A stretch of DNA of 64,000 nucleotides from Nitrosopumilus sp. (lineage in GTDB: Archaea; Thermoproteota; Nitrososphaeria; Nitrososphaerales; Nitrosopumilaceae). The notes under the pieces are model-generated. The model was given only the letters and a program-made list of their open reading frames with translations. It was not told the origin of the DNA and made no database searches. The position numbers and the translations under genes were made by a program. Location: assembly GCA_965205215.1 (NCBI GenBank), contig OZ242041.1, positions 192,001-256,000 of the forward strand, written 5' to 3'. Shown piece by piece: positions 1 to 10,160 of this stretch; position 1 is the first letter of the stretch; the number at the start of each line of letters is the position of its first letter.

Positions 1-162
1 TGACAGCATCTGAGACTCGCGCGAGGTGCGCTGGCGCCTTATGCGCGCGTCCAGCTGCGGGACGCGGTAGCCCTTTGGCTTTCTGACCTTTAGTATTGCG
101 GCCCTTCCGTTCCACGAGCCGCGGTATATGTCGGCCTCGGCCCCTTTCTTTACCAGCTTCAT
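1..162 (-). CDS. bud32: KEOPS kinase Bud32, N-terminal part (runs off window start)
   Basis: Own translation from ATG at 162: MKLVKKGAEADIYRGSWNGRAAILKVRKPKGYRVPQLDARIRRQRTSRESQMLS. GAEA and K.R.PK.YR...LD..IR..RT.RE are Bud32 signatures; kae1 is nearby. Not in the ORF track. Confidence 0.9.
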   Translation of the reverse strand, partial: MKLVKKGAEADIYRGSWNGRAAILKVRKPKGYRVPQLDARIRRQRTSRESQMLS

Positions 163-204
163 CGCAAGTCACGGCGGGTTGCGTCAGCTATCATTATAAC
201 CATA

Positions 205-558
205 ATGATCCAAAGTCGGAGCATGGAGGACGGGGAGAAGAGAATAAGGCAGGAGGACTGCAGCGAGGACGGACTGGGGCCTGGCATACTGACCCTGACA
301 AACAGGCGTATCGCGTTTGACAAGACAAGGGCCCGCATAATGGACTTTAGCAAGAACGTGGGAGACACCGTGCTTGACGTCCCACTCAGGAGCGTCACCA
401 AGACGTGGAAGGAAGGGCTGCTCATGAAGAAGGTGTGCTTTACGGCGAGGACCGCACAGGGCGAGGACACATACAAGTTCGGCGTATTCAGCCCGGGAAG
501 CTGGAGGGACGCGATAAGCGAGGCAGTCGAGGACGACGCCAGTAGCCAGCAGGAATAG
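205..558 (+). CDS. Small PH/GRAM-like domain hypothetical protein
   Basis: G.L.LTNRRIAF ... V.L..V...WKEG..KK pattern typical of PH-like folds; start may be ATG 223. Confidence 0.6.
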   Translation: MIQSRSMEDGEKRIRQEDCSEDGLGPGILTLTNRRIAFDKTRARIMDFSKNVGDTVLDVPLRSVTKTWKEGLLMKKVCFTARTAQGEDTYKFGVFSPGSWRDAISEAVEDDASSQQE

Positions 559-1743
<1,185 letters not shown>

Positions 1744-1784
1744 CCTCCACCATACGCGTCACGCAGCCTGCTCCGTCACGATCA

Positions 1785-2999
1785 TCATCCCCTGCTCATG
1801 GTCGACACGATCTTTATCACGTCGCCGTCGCTTAGCTGCTTGTCCCCGCTTATCCGCTGCTTTGTCTTGCAGTCTATGGCGTGCAGGAGCCCCTCGGCCA
1901 GGTCCGCGTGGACTGAGGCGGCCAGGTCCCGGACGGTGGATCCGCGGGGCACCAGCCGGGAGTCGGGCAGCACCTGCCCGTCCTTGTTCGTAAGTCGGGT
2001 CTCGTCCTCCACCGGATAGACCACGATGTACCCCAGAATCTCAAAGACTGCCGTGTCAAGCAGTTTCTGCACGCCCGTGTCAGACATGCGGGACAGGATG
2101 GCGTCCGCCATGTCGAGCGCCTTTCTCTGCGGCGGCGCCAGCTTGTCCGCGGCGCCCGGCGCGATCTCAAACGAGCCGGCGCCCGGAGCGTACGTGATCA
2201 CACCAGCCTTGGCCGCCTTTCGCAGCAGCAGCTCCGTCTCGGCGCTGCACGGGACCACCCGCGCGCCGTCCGACGCACCGGCAAGGGCCGCTGCCGCGTC
2301 CCGGATGCCGCCGCTGCACAGGTCGGCCTTGTTTGCAGCGATTATCATCGGCTTTGCGTCTGCGCGCAGGCGGCGCGCAAAGGATACGGTGTCGGACTCG
2401 GACCACTCGGCGGGCCCGCGCCCCTCAAGGTTCATGCCCGCAAGGACGCGGTGCACGTCGGACGCGGTTAGGCCCAGCCCCGAGAACCGCTCGGCGATGC
2501 CGTCTGCCAGCTTTGTGCGCTTTTGGCCAACCTCGCGGATTATCCTGTCCCAGTCGCGCATCAGTATGTCTGCAAACCACAGGTCGAACTCGTCCCTCAC
2601 GAACCTGACGTCCTCGGCCGGGTCGTGCGTGCCGGCCGCGACCGGCTGCCCCTGTATGTCGGTGGTCCCGGCCGCGTCCACCACATGTATCAGGATCTCG
2701 GCCTGCCGCGCATTGTCAAGGAACTTGTTTCCAAGCCCCTTGCCCTCGTGCGCCCCGGGCACCAGCCCGGCCACGTCGATCAGCCGCACGGGCACCAGCC
2801 GGGTGCCGTCCCGGCACAGGTCGTTCTGGTGCTCGATCCCAAAGTGCGCGCAGGCGCACCTGGTCTCCACGTGCGCTACCCCCACGTTGGGCTCGATCGT
2901 AGTGAATGGAAAGTTTCCCGACGGTACGGCAACCTCCGTCGCGGCCGAGAAGAATGTCGACTTGCCCACGTTTGCCTTGCCCAGCAGCCCAATCTGCAT
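1785..2999 (-). CDS. ychF: YchF/Obg-family ATPase with TGS domain
   Basis: GKANVGKST, FPFTTIEPNVG, DVAGLVPGAHEGKGLGNKFL, ANKAD, C-terminal TGS (DGDVIKI). Confidence 0.93.
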   Translation of the reverse strand: MQIGLLGKANVGKSTFFSAATEVAVPSGNFPFTTIEPNVGVAHVETRCACAHFGIEHQNDLCRDGTRLVPVRLIDVAGLVPGAHEGKGLGNKFLDNARQAEILIHVVDAAGTTDIQGQPVAAGTHDPAEDVRFVRDEFDLWFADILMRDWDRIIREVGQKRTKLADGIAERFSGLGLTASDVHRVLAGMNLEGRGPAEWSESDTVSFARRLRADAKPMIIAANKADLCSGGIRDAAAALAGASDGARVVPCSAETELLLRKAAKAGVITYAPGAGSFEIAPGAADKLAPPQRKALDMADAILSRMSDTGVQKLLDTAVFEILGYIVVYPVEDETRLTNKDGQVLPDSRLVPRGSTVRDLAASVHADLAEGLLHAIDCKTKQRISGDKQLSDGDVIKIVSTMSRG

Positions 3000-3052
3000 A
3001 AGGCGACGGCGGCCGCCTGCTTCATATTAGTATCGCATCACAAAGTGCGCCA

Positions 3053-3793
3053 ATGGACAATGCGGACATCTCAGGGGAAGGAAGGGACCGCCGGCGCATC
3101 ATACTGATAACCGGCACTCCCGGGGTCGGCAAACATACCGTGGCCAGGGCCCTCCAGTCCCGGATGGCGCAGGCGGGGGACGCGGGCTGGCAGATTATCG
3201 ACATAAACGAGGTGGCGCGCGCGGAGGGGCTGCTTGATGCCGCGGGGAGCTACGACCCCGCGTCGGACACGACTGACGTGGATGCCAATACACTGTCAGG
3301 CGCGGCGCGCGGCGCACTCGCGGCCCCGGGCAGGTACATCGTCGTGGGGCACCTGGCGCCGTATGCGGTGCCGGCCGACGACGTGGTGCTTGCAGCCGTA
3401 CTGAGGAGAAACCCGTACGAGCTGATCAGGGTGTACGAGGAGAGGGGGTACTCGGAACGCAAGGCAAAGGAGAACGCGGGGGCCGAGATGCTCGGGACCA
3501 TATCGTTTGACACGTACGCTGCGCGGTACGGGGCGACGGGCCAGTACGACACCACCGGCAGGGAGGCGCAGGAGACTGCGCGCGTGATACTAGCCGATGC
3601 GGAGCGCATATGTCGCGTGGGCAACGGGAGCAAGGGCGGCGATGGCCGGGCGCCGCACGCAGTGTCGCCTGATTCACCGGACGCAAGTGGCACGTGGGAG
3701 CCCGGCGAGCGCATAGGCTGGCTTGCCGACAAAACCGCGTACGAGAAGATGCTCAGGGACATCGTGCCCGGCTGGCCCGGCGGCACGGTATGA
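3053..3793 (+). CDS. Archaeal adenylate kinase/Fap7-like (AK6) P-loop kinase
   Basis: ILITGTPGVGKHT P-loop, VVGHL, LRRNPYEL..ERGYSERKAKENAGAE. Confidence 0.8.
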   Translation: MDNADISGEGRDRRRIILITGTPGVGKHTVARALQSRMAQAGDAGWQIIDINEVARAEGLLDAAGSYDPASDTTDVDANTLSGAARGALAAPGRYIVVGHLAPYAVPADDVVLAAVLRRNPYELIRVYEERGYSERKAKENAGAEMLGTISFDTYAARYGATGQYDTTGREAQETARVILADAERICRVGNGSKGGDGRAPHAVSPDSPDASGTWEPGERIGWLADKTAYEKMLRDIVPGWPGGTV

Positions 3794-3823
3794 TTAATTA
3801 GCCAATCATGGCGCGACGACTCC

Positions 3824-5467
3824 ATGCGGTTTGAGATTCAAAAGACGGATCTGGCCGCCCGCATAGGCAGGATGCAGACGGGACACGGGACGGTGGAGAC
3901 CCCCGCGTACGTGCCGGTCATACATCCCGCAAAGCAGACCATTCCGGCATCCCGCATCAAGGAGATGGGCTTTGAGATCGTGATAACAAACGCATACATC
4001 ACAAGGAACACCTACGGCCACGACGAGGCCGTCAGGCGCGGCATACACGACATCATCAAGTACGACGGAGCCATAATGACTGACTCGGGCGGATACCAAG
4101 TGCTCGAATACGGCAAGGTCGGGGTCACCCCGCCGGAGATGGCCGAGTTTGAGAGGGGCATACGCACCGACTTTGCCATCCCGCTGGACAAGCCGACGGG
4201 GTTCGGCATGGGGCGCGATGCCGCAAAGTCGTACGTCAGGGACACGCTCAGGGTGTCAAGGGAGGCCCTGCGTGCTGCCGAGGGCGCAAACGGCGGCGAC
4301 AGCGGCCAGACGTGGATAGGCCCCATCCAGGGCGGGGAGCACCGGGACCTGGTGGCAAGGTCGACCAAGAGCCTGGTGAGGATGGGCTTTGAGATGCTGG
4401 CGCTCGGCAGCCCCGTGGAGTTCATGGAGTCGTACGAGTACAGGCTGCTGGCCGAGATGATCGCGACTGCAAAGCGCAGCATGCCTCATGGCATACCACT
4501 CCACCTGTTCGGGGCAGGCCACCCGCTTACGATACCGCTTGCCGTCGCGCTCGGATGCGACACGTTCGACTCGGCGTCGTACATACTGTACGCAAAGCAC
4601 GGCCGGTACATGACCGAGGACGGCACGCGCATGCTGGACGAGATCGAGTACTTTCCGTGCTGCTGCGCCGTGTGCTCCAAGTATGAGCCCGACGAGCTGC
4701 GCCTCATGCCGCAGGAGCAGAGGGTCAACAACATAGCGGTGCACAACCTGTACGCGATAAAGCTCGAGGTGGACAGGACAAAGCAGGCGATTACCGAGGG
4801 CAGGCTGTGGGAGTATGTCATGAAGAAGTCAAGGGCGCACCCCAGGTTGTACGAGGCCGTCACGCACCTGATGACGCCGTCGTCTTCTTCTTTGCCATTG
4901 TCGTCAGCGTCGCCGTCACCAACATCGGCGGCGGCGCCGCTGGATATCAGCGGCATGTTCAGGGCCGGAACGCCCCAGTACAAGCAAAAGGCCGCCTTCC
5001 TGTACGGGGCGGAGGACCAGCACAGGCCCGAGGTTGCCGCATACCACGACATCGTGCGCAAGTTCCGGACTAGGAAGAGCATCGTCGCGATAACCCCCGA
5101 GTCCCACACAAAGCCCGGATACATGTCACGCGAGTACAGGGAGCTGTACAAGCGGAGCAGAGAAAGTGATGACGTCCAGTTCTGCCAGTACAGCCCCATA
5201 CTTGGGATAATACCAATCGAGATATCCGACGTATACCCGGCGGCGCACCACGAACAGGCGCGCGTGCGCGTGGATCCGGCCGCGTGCACGGAGTTTGCCA
5301 AGACGTGGGACGCGTTCTTTGATAACAACGAATTTGCAGAGGTCTGGTACGACAAGGGCGACGCGTTCCTGGGCCATTTTGCAAAGAGGCTCAAGGGCGT
5401 GAAAAAGCGCAGCATGAAGGGGGCGGCAACAGCAGCCGCGGCACGCCGAACCGGCGCCGCGCCGTAG
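3824..5467 (+). CDS. tgtA: tRNA-guanine(15) transglycosylase (archaeosine TGT), lacking C-terminal PUA
   Basis: ETPAYVPV, MTDSGGYQ, GPIQGG, HLFGAGHP, GCDTFDSASY, Zn site CCCAVC...HNL. Confidence 0.93.
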   Translation: MRFEIQKTDLAARIGRMQTGHGTVETPAYVPVIHPAKQTIPASRIKEMGFEIVITNAYITRNTYGHDEAVRRGIHDIIKYDGAIMTDSGGYQVLEYGKVGVTPPEMAEFERGIRTDFAIPLDKPTGFGMGRDAAKSYVRDTLRVSREALRAAEGANGGDSGQTWIGPIQGGEHRDLVARSTKSLVRMGFEMLALGSPVEFMESYEYRLLAEMIATAKRSMPHGIPLHLFGAGHPLTIPLAVALGCDTFDSASYILYAKHGRYMTEDGTRMLDEIEYFPCCCAVCSKYEPDELRLMPQEQRVNNIAVHNLYAIKLEVDRTKQAITEGRLWEYVMKKSRAHPRLYEAVTHLMTPSSSSLPLSSASPSPTSAAAPLDISGMFRAGTPQYKQKAAFLYGAEDQHRPEVAAYHDIVRKFRTRKSIVAITPESHTKPGYMSREYRELYKRSRESDDVQFCQYSPILGIIPIEISDVYPAAHHEQARVRVDPAACTEFAKTWDAFFDNNEFAEVWYDKGDAFLGHFAKRLKGVKKRSMKGAATAAAARRTGAAP

Positions 5468-5509
5468 TACAATCGTCCAAGTAAAATAAAGAAGAAAGAA
5501 AAAGAGCGG

Positions 5510-5812
5510 TTATAGTGCCGCATCTTCGGCCCAGCCGTTTACGAAGACACCGTTCTTGTGGAGCGGTACCGGCTGACCGGCGGTATAGTTCATCGGCCTC
5601 ATCCAGAAGATGGACTTTGTCGGGCACACGCCAATGCATGCGCCGTCAGAGATGCATCTCTCCGGGTAAAAGACAAATGCCTTACCTCTCTTCCAGCCTT
5701 CGACTGGCTTTACTCTGAGGACATCGGGTCCCAGTGTTGTACAGATCTCCACGCACAGCGCGCAACCAATACACCTCTGCTCGTCAATGTCCGGCAGTAT
5801 TGCTATAGGCAT
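5510..5812 (-). CDS. 4Fe-4S dicluster ferredoxin
   Basis: CIGCALCVEIC and CISDGACIGVCP motifs. Confidence 0.9.
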   Translation of the reverse strand: MPIAILPDIDEQRCIGCALCVEICTTLGPDVLRVKPVEGWKRGKAFVFYPERCISDGACIGVCPTKSIFWMRPMNYTAGQPVPLHKNGVFVNGWAEDAAL

Positions 5813-5941
5813 TACAAACCATCTTCGGCTATTTACTATTTAAACTGTGAGCTGATATCATAACCCTGTTATGAAACGGATCCCAGCCCTTTGATGCACA
5901 CAAAACAAAAGAAAAGAGAAAACGGGCCCAAAGCCACGCTA

Positions 5942-6154
5942 TTACTTTCTCATTGCGTCGATCTGACCGGATGTGACCCAGTCAAGAAGTTCAGCAGAAC
6001 TCGGATTCAGGTCAGCCTTCTGATTCATCAGATTATTAACCCAGATCCAGTTAATTTGGTTCAGAAGGGGCTTGTTGTCCTCGTCGCCGGCACGGACCTT
6101 TTTTACAAGATCGGCGTCCTGCTGGGCAAGCCACTCTTCGAAGGTTCTACCCAT
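5942..6154 (-). CDS. Small conserved-looking hypothetical protein (70 aa)
   Basis: ATG start, upstream AT-rich promoter-like tract, protein-like composition, T-rich tract after the stop. Confidence 0.7.
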   Translation of the reverse strand: MGRTFEEWLAQQDADLVKKVRAGDEDNKPLLNQINWIWVNNLMNQKADLNPSSAELLDWVTSGQIDAMRK

Positions 6155-6327
6155 GAACAGCAGGAATAGATTATAGTAATTAAAGCTTTTGAAGATTTCA
6201 CGGTGTGCGTAATAAAGGGCCGCCGGGGCTGGGCTGCAGACGGGGCGCCGGCCGGTGCGATCTGCATTGCGCGCCGCACGAGGGCAAAAAAGAAGGTTTT
6301 AACGTAGACGTTTTTGGACGTTAATTC

Positions 6328-7623
6328 TTGGATGTGCGAGTACTGGGGGCGGCCGGCGAGGTAGGAAGGTCCGGCTTTCTTGTCAACTGCGAGGGCGCCA
6401 ACATACTGCTAGACTACGGGGTGATGTTCGGCAGGAGGGGATCCCCGCCCACGTACCCGCTGCACGTCAGGCCCAAGGACCTGGACGCCATAGTAATAAC
6501 GCACGCGCACCTGGACCACTCGGGGTGCGTCCCCTCCATGTTTGTCAGCGGCAGGACGGACGTCTACGCGACGCCGCCCACGCTCGACCTGTCCGAGCTG
6601 CTGATAGCGGACATGCTAAAGATAGAGAAGAACGCGCACCAGTTCGACATGCCGGAGCTCAACAGGATGATGAAGAGCGCAAAGGGCATCGGGTACAAGC
6701 AGCGCGTATCAAAGGGCGACGCGACGTTTGAGCTGCGCGAGTCGGGCCACGTCGTGGGCGGGAGCACGGTACTGGTAGAGTCGGGCAAAAAGAGGCTGTT
6801 TTACACCGGCGACATAAAGACCAACGGATCCCGGATGCTCCGCGAGGCGGACCTCGACGTGGGGGAGATTGACATGCTGATTACCGAAAGCACGTACTCG
6901 CAGACGGTGCAGACGCCCAGGGCCGAGTCCGAGCGCGATTTGGTGGATTTTGCAAACGAGGTGATGGATCGGAAGGGCGTCCTCTTCATACCGTCGTTCT
7001 CCGTGGAGCGGTCGCAGGAGATCGCCTGCGTACTGCGCGCCGCCAACTTCAAGCACAGGATAATCATGGACGGCATGGCGCTAAAGGTCAACGACATAAT
7101 ATTCAGGCACCCCGAGTATCTCCGCGACCCGGAAGTCTTCAAGAGCGCCATAAAGGACTCGGTCGCCATAAGGGACCACGGCCACCGCAAGCGCATCCTG
7201 AGGGACGCAAAGGCAGCCGACGGCAGCTACGCGGAGCCGTGCGTCGTGATATCGCCCGCGGGCATGCTGGTCGGGGGCAACGCGGTCTTTTACCTGCAGG
7301 AGCTGGCGTTTGAGAAGAGGAACGGGATAGCCCTCGTGTCGTACCAGGGAGAGGGCACGCCGGGCAGGATGCTGCTGGATACCGGCAAGGTGGAGGCGCG
7401 CGGCAAGGAGATCAAGGTGGAGGCCGAGGTCAGAAAGTTCGAGTTTTCGGGGCACGCGGACAGGAACGAGCTCTTTGCCATGCTAAAGAGGATAGAGGGC
7501 GACCCCAAGGTGCTCGCGGTGCACGGGGACGGTGAGTCCTGCACCGCGTTTGCGCAGGAGATCCACGACGAGTTCGGGTGGGAGGCGCAGGTCCCCGCCG
7601 CAAACGACACGATACCGGTCTGA
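6328..7623 (+). CDS. Beta-CASP metallo-beta-lactamase ribonuclease (aCPSF2-like)
   Basis: GAAGEVGRSG, THAHLDHSG, SGHVVG, YTGD, ESTY, FSGHAD, VHGD. Confidence 0.92.
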   Translation: MDVRVLGAAGEVGRSGFLVNCEGANILLDYGVMFGRRGSPPTYPLHVRPKDLDAIVITHAHLDHSGCVPSMFVSGRTDVYATPPTLDLSELLIADMLKIEKNAHQFDMPELNRMMKSAKGIGYKQRVSKGDATFELRESGHVVGGSTVLVESGKKRLFYTGDIKTNGSRMLREADLDVGEIDMLITESTYSQTVQTPRAESERDLVDFANEVMDRKGVLFIPSFSVERSQEIACVLRAANFKHRIIMDGMALKVNDIIFRHPEYLRDPEVFKSAIKDSVAIRDHGHRKRILRDAKAADGSYAEPCVVISPAGMLVGGNAVFYLQELAFEKRNGIALVSYQGEGTPGRMLLDTGKVEARGKEIKVEAEVRKFEFSGHADRNELFAMLKRIEGDPKVLAVHGDGESCTAFAQEIHDEFGWEAQVPAANDTIPV

Positions 7624-7624
7624 G

Positions 7625-8581
7625 ATGCGGCGTTCGGGTGGCTCAAGCAAGGGAGCGGGCCGCGCGGCAATCGACGTGGCAGACACAATGAACAGTGGGC
7701 AGGTGTTCCTGTGGAAAACCATACAGAAGAAAGGGAAAGGGATGTGGTGGTACGGCGTCCAGGGCCAGGAGATACTCAGGGTCGACGGGCGCACGGGAAG
7801 GACCAGCACGTACCACAAGGGCGGTAGGTGGGCCGCGTACAAAAAGGATTTGTTCAGGGACTCGGACAACCCAGGTCGCATACCGGAGTCGATGCCGCAG
7901 GACGACACAACTGTGGAGGCCGCGCGCAGGTACCGCAACCTGAGGATCATCAGGCAGGACCCGTACCAATGTATGATATCGTTCATCACGTCTGCAAACT
8001 CCAACATACGGCGCATAACAGACAATCTCTCGCGCATGGCGGAGACGTTTGGCAGGCCCGTGGATGCGGGGGGCAGCGCGGGTATGATGCATCGCTTTCC
8101 CGCGCCGTCGGCGCTCGCGGGCGCAACGATACGGGAGATACAAAAGTGCGGCGTCGGGTACCGCGCCGCGTACATCAAGGAGGCGTCGGAGATGGTCGAG
8201 TCAGGCGAGGTCGACTTTGGGCACATCAAGAAGATGAAAGACTATGATAACATGATGGACGCAATGCTCGCCATACCGGGCGTCGGAAACAAGGTGGCCG
8301 ACTGCATAATGCTGTTTTCGCTTGAGAGGTTGGACGCGTTCCCGCTTGACAGGTGGATGCTCCGCGTCCTGAACACGCACTACGGCGACGTGTTCGGGAG
8401 CCAGAGGTCTCATGCAGTATCGTCATCGTCGTCACCACTAGAACACCTGACCGACAAACGGTACAGGGCCGCGCACAGCAAAATCACAGAATACTTTGGG
8501 CCGTACGCAGGGTATGCACAACAGTGGCTCTTCAAGATGGCCAGGGACGACGCAGGTGCCTCTTGGAGGCAGAAGATATGA
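7625..8581 (+). CDS. 8-oxoguanine DNA glycosylase (Ogg1/HhH-GPD family)
   Basis: SGQVFLW, RQDPYQCMISFITSANSNI, GVGYRA, IPGVGNKVADC, FPLD.W, GPYAGYAQQWLF. Confidence 0.9.
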   Translation: MRRSGGSSKGAGRAAIDVADTMNSGQVFLWKTIQKKGKGMWWYGVQGQEILRVDGRTGRTSTYHKGGRWAAYKKDLFRDSDNPGRIPESMPQDDTTVEAARRYRNLRIIRQDPYQCMISFITSANSNIRRITDNLSRMAETFGRPVDAGGSAGMMHRFPAPSALAGATIREIQKCGVGYRAAYIKEASEMVESGEVDFGHIKKMKDYDNMMDAMLAIPGVGNKVADCIMLFSLERLDAFPLDRWMLRVLNTHYGDVFGSQRSHAVSSSSSPLEHLTDKRYRAAHSKITEYFGPYAGYAQQWLFKMARDDAGASWRQKI

Positions 8582-8619
8582 CATGGCACACTGATAGAAA
8601 CGAGGCCATGCTCTGATAC

Positions 8620-8910
8620 AGACGCGCCATGCAATCAAGCGACACGGCATACGGATGCACGCGGTTTGAAATGATTAGAATAGAGTCCTTTAACAAGAAC
8701 ATGCTGAGACATGGGGGGAAGGTGGTCAGAGAGCACAAGCGTGACGATTCCACGATCGTCAGAGGACTACAAAACTACCACAACTTCATACGGCTATACC
8801 CGGCATAGACGGGAACATGTTGGTGGACCAGGCAAGAACCAAGGTCATGGGAACCAACAAGGGGTTGACGATCATTCAGAATGCGGCCAAGTCGACAGAA
8901 TCAGCAGGGT
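8620..8910 (+). pseudogene. Degraded C-terminal fragment of a DDE-type (IS6/rve-like) transposase
   Basis: Own translation from 8671: ESFNKNMLRHGGKVVREHKRDDSTIVRGLQNYHNFIRL, then after a frameshift IDGNMLVDQARTKVMGTNKGLTIIQNAAK. This matches the remembered thaumarchaeal DDE integrase tail E..NG..R.REK..RG.K..DS.I..G...YHNF.RPH..L.G.TP...AG......NKW.T.IQNA. Confidence 0.65.
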
Positions 8911-8937
8911 TAAAAGTTCAACCTGTGCAATAACAGC

Positions 8938-9153
8938 ATGACCATACAAATCAAGATCTTTAGGGGGCAAACACATCTAGAAGAAAAGGTTAACGAGTTC
9001 TGCGGTTTACTGAATGACAAGCCTCACAACTACAAACTCAAAGACATATTGTTTCCAGACTCCGACACGTGTGTGGTTGTCTTTGAAGATCATAGAGTCC
9101 GCCATAGATTCGTCGGTTCCCAACGCTTTCCAGAGACGATCAAATTCAGCTAA
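8938..9153 (+). CDS. Small hypothetical protein (71 aa), low GC
   Basis: ATG start about 25 bp after a TTAAAA tract; IQIKIF...LEEKVNEF...L....KDI pattern resembles small alpha/beta DUFs. Confidence 0.55.
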   Translation: MTIQIKIFRGQTHLEEKVNEFCGLLNDKPHNYKLKDILFPDSDTCVVVFEDHRVRHRFVGSQRFPETIKFS

Positions 9154-9209
9154 CTTTCCAATACCTTGCCAAAAAAACCCTTAAAACCGCACGGGGTTGC
9201 AAGCTTCTT

Positions 9210-9284
9210 GGGCCCATAGCTCAGCATGGATAGAGTGTTGGACTTCTAATCCAATGGTCAAGGGATCGAAGCCCTTTGGGCCCG
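9210..9284 (+). tRNA. tRNA-Arg(TCT)
   Basis: Acceptor stem GGGCCCA/TGGGCCC, anticodon arm TTGGA-CTTCTAA-TCCAA, T arm AAGGG-ATCGAAG-CCCTT; no intron; CCA not encoded; TTAAAA box at 9181. Confidence 0.95.
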
Positions 9285-9491
9285 CTACTACCTTCGCGAG
9301 TCAGCCTCTTCTTGCTGCTCTCGTTCATGGACGATCCGTCGATCAATAAGCTTTTCTGCGATTGTTCATCATGAGTCAAAATTTTCAACGGGTACCACCT
9401 AGGCATGAAATTATTAAGTTAGATGTAGTTTTTCTTAATAGTTAATAATATTTACCAAAATCTTAATATATGGAGATACCTTGGCAGAGGT

Positions 9492-9686
9492 ATGAAAGAA
9501 TACGAAGCATATGACGTTAAGGCAAGAAAAAAAGTCAAAATTCTTGAACCAAAATTAGCCCAGCTCAAAAACAAACGTTGGGCGCTAAAAGGTAAGAGTT
9601 CTGCAACGGGTGGGACAGTATTTCGCATACTGGGGAAAGATGAAGCAGAAGAGCTGAAAAAACAACTAGAGAGTACTGAAACATGA
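9492..9686 (+). CDS. Small basic DUF5679-like protein, probable DNA-binding protein
   Basis: EAYDVKARKKV...PK...KN.R.A.KG....G..VFRI.G follows the DUF5679 pattern; Lys-rich; TTAATATA box upstream. Confidence 0.7.
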   Translation: MKEYEAYDVKARKKVKILEPKLAQLKNKRWALKGKSSATGGTVFRILGKDEAEELKKQLESTET

Positions 9687-9731
9687 AAGATAAGTCACAT
9701 GTCCTAATGGTTAATTTATTGCGGATCTAAA

Positions 9732-9857
9732 ATGACTATGCAAAATTCCACAAAAAAGAAAGACGTTCATCTTGATTCAAGAGGGACCGTCAGGTTCGTA
9801 TACGGTTACGAATACATCGTAGCACACCAGCATGACAGTTTCTACGGAACTCAATAA
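9732..9857 (+). CDS. Putative 41-aa small protein
   Basis: Own translation MTMQNSTKKKDVHLDSRGTVRFVYGYEYIVAHQHDSFYGTQ; co-oriented between two small genes; below the ORF-track cutoff. Confidence 0.4.
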   Translation: MTMQNSTKKKDVHLDSRGTVRFVYGYEYIVAHQHDSFYGTQ

Positions 9858-9886
9858 ATAAATATGGAGAGGTTGGTGCTAACAAT

Positions 9887-10141
9887 ATGACGAAAATGCT
9901 TCAAGTAAATCTTGAAACCGAAGGTATTGACAAGGATGAGGCACAGGAATGGGTACATGAAATTGCCAATGTCTACGCCGATATGGAAATATCTGACGTA
10001 AACATATCCGGAAATACAGTTTCTTTCCAAGCTGGTCTTTCCGGGATGGACGACACAACTTCTGAAGACATAAAACAAAAGATCGACGAATATAGTACCA
10101 TGACTGAAACGCTTCAGATTAAAAACATCTCATGCAGCTAA
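9887..10141 (+). CDS. Small acidic hypothetical protein (84 aa)
   Basis: ATG start, GGAGAGG upstream, alpha/beta-like pattern, T-rich tract after the stop. Confidence 0.7.
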   Translation: MTKMLQVNLETEGIDKDEAQEWVHEIANVYADMEISDVNISGNTVSFQAGLSGMDDTTSEDIKQKIDEYSTMTETLQIKNISCS

Positions 10142-10147
10142 ACCAAC

Positions 10148-10160
10148 TTTTTATCTTTTT
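10148..10160 (+). terminator. Archaeal oligo-T terminator
   Basis: TTTTTATCTTTTT immediately after the stop at 10141. Confidence 0.5.

Noticed and set aside
5923-5933. 11-bp match to the tRNA-Arg 3' end as a possible att site
   Set aside because: Short, in inverted orientation, no integrase nearby, and the intervening genes are housekeeping.
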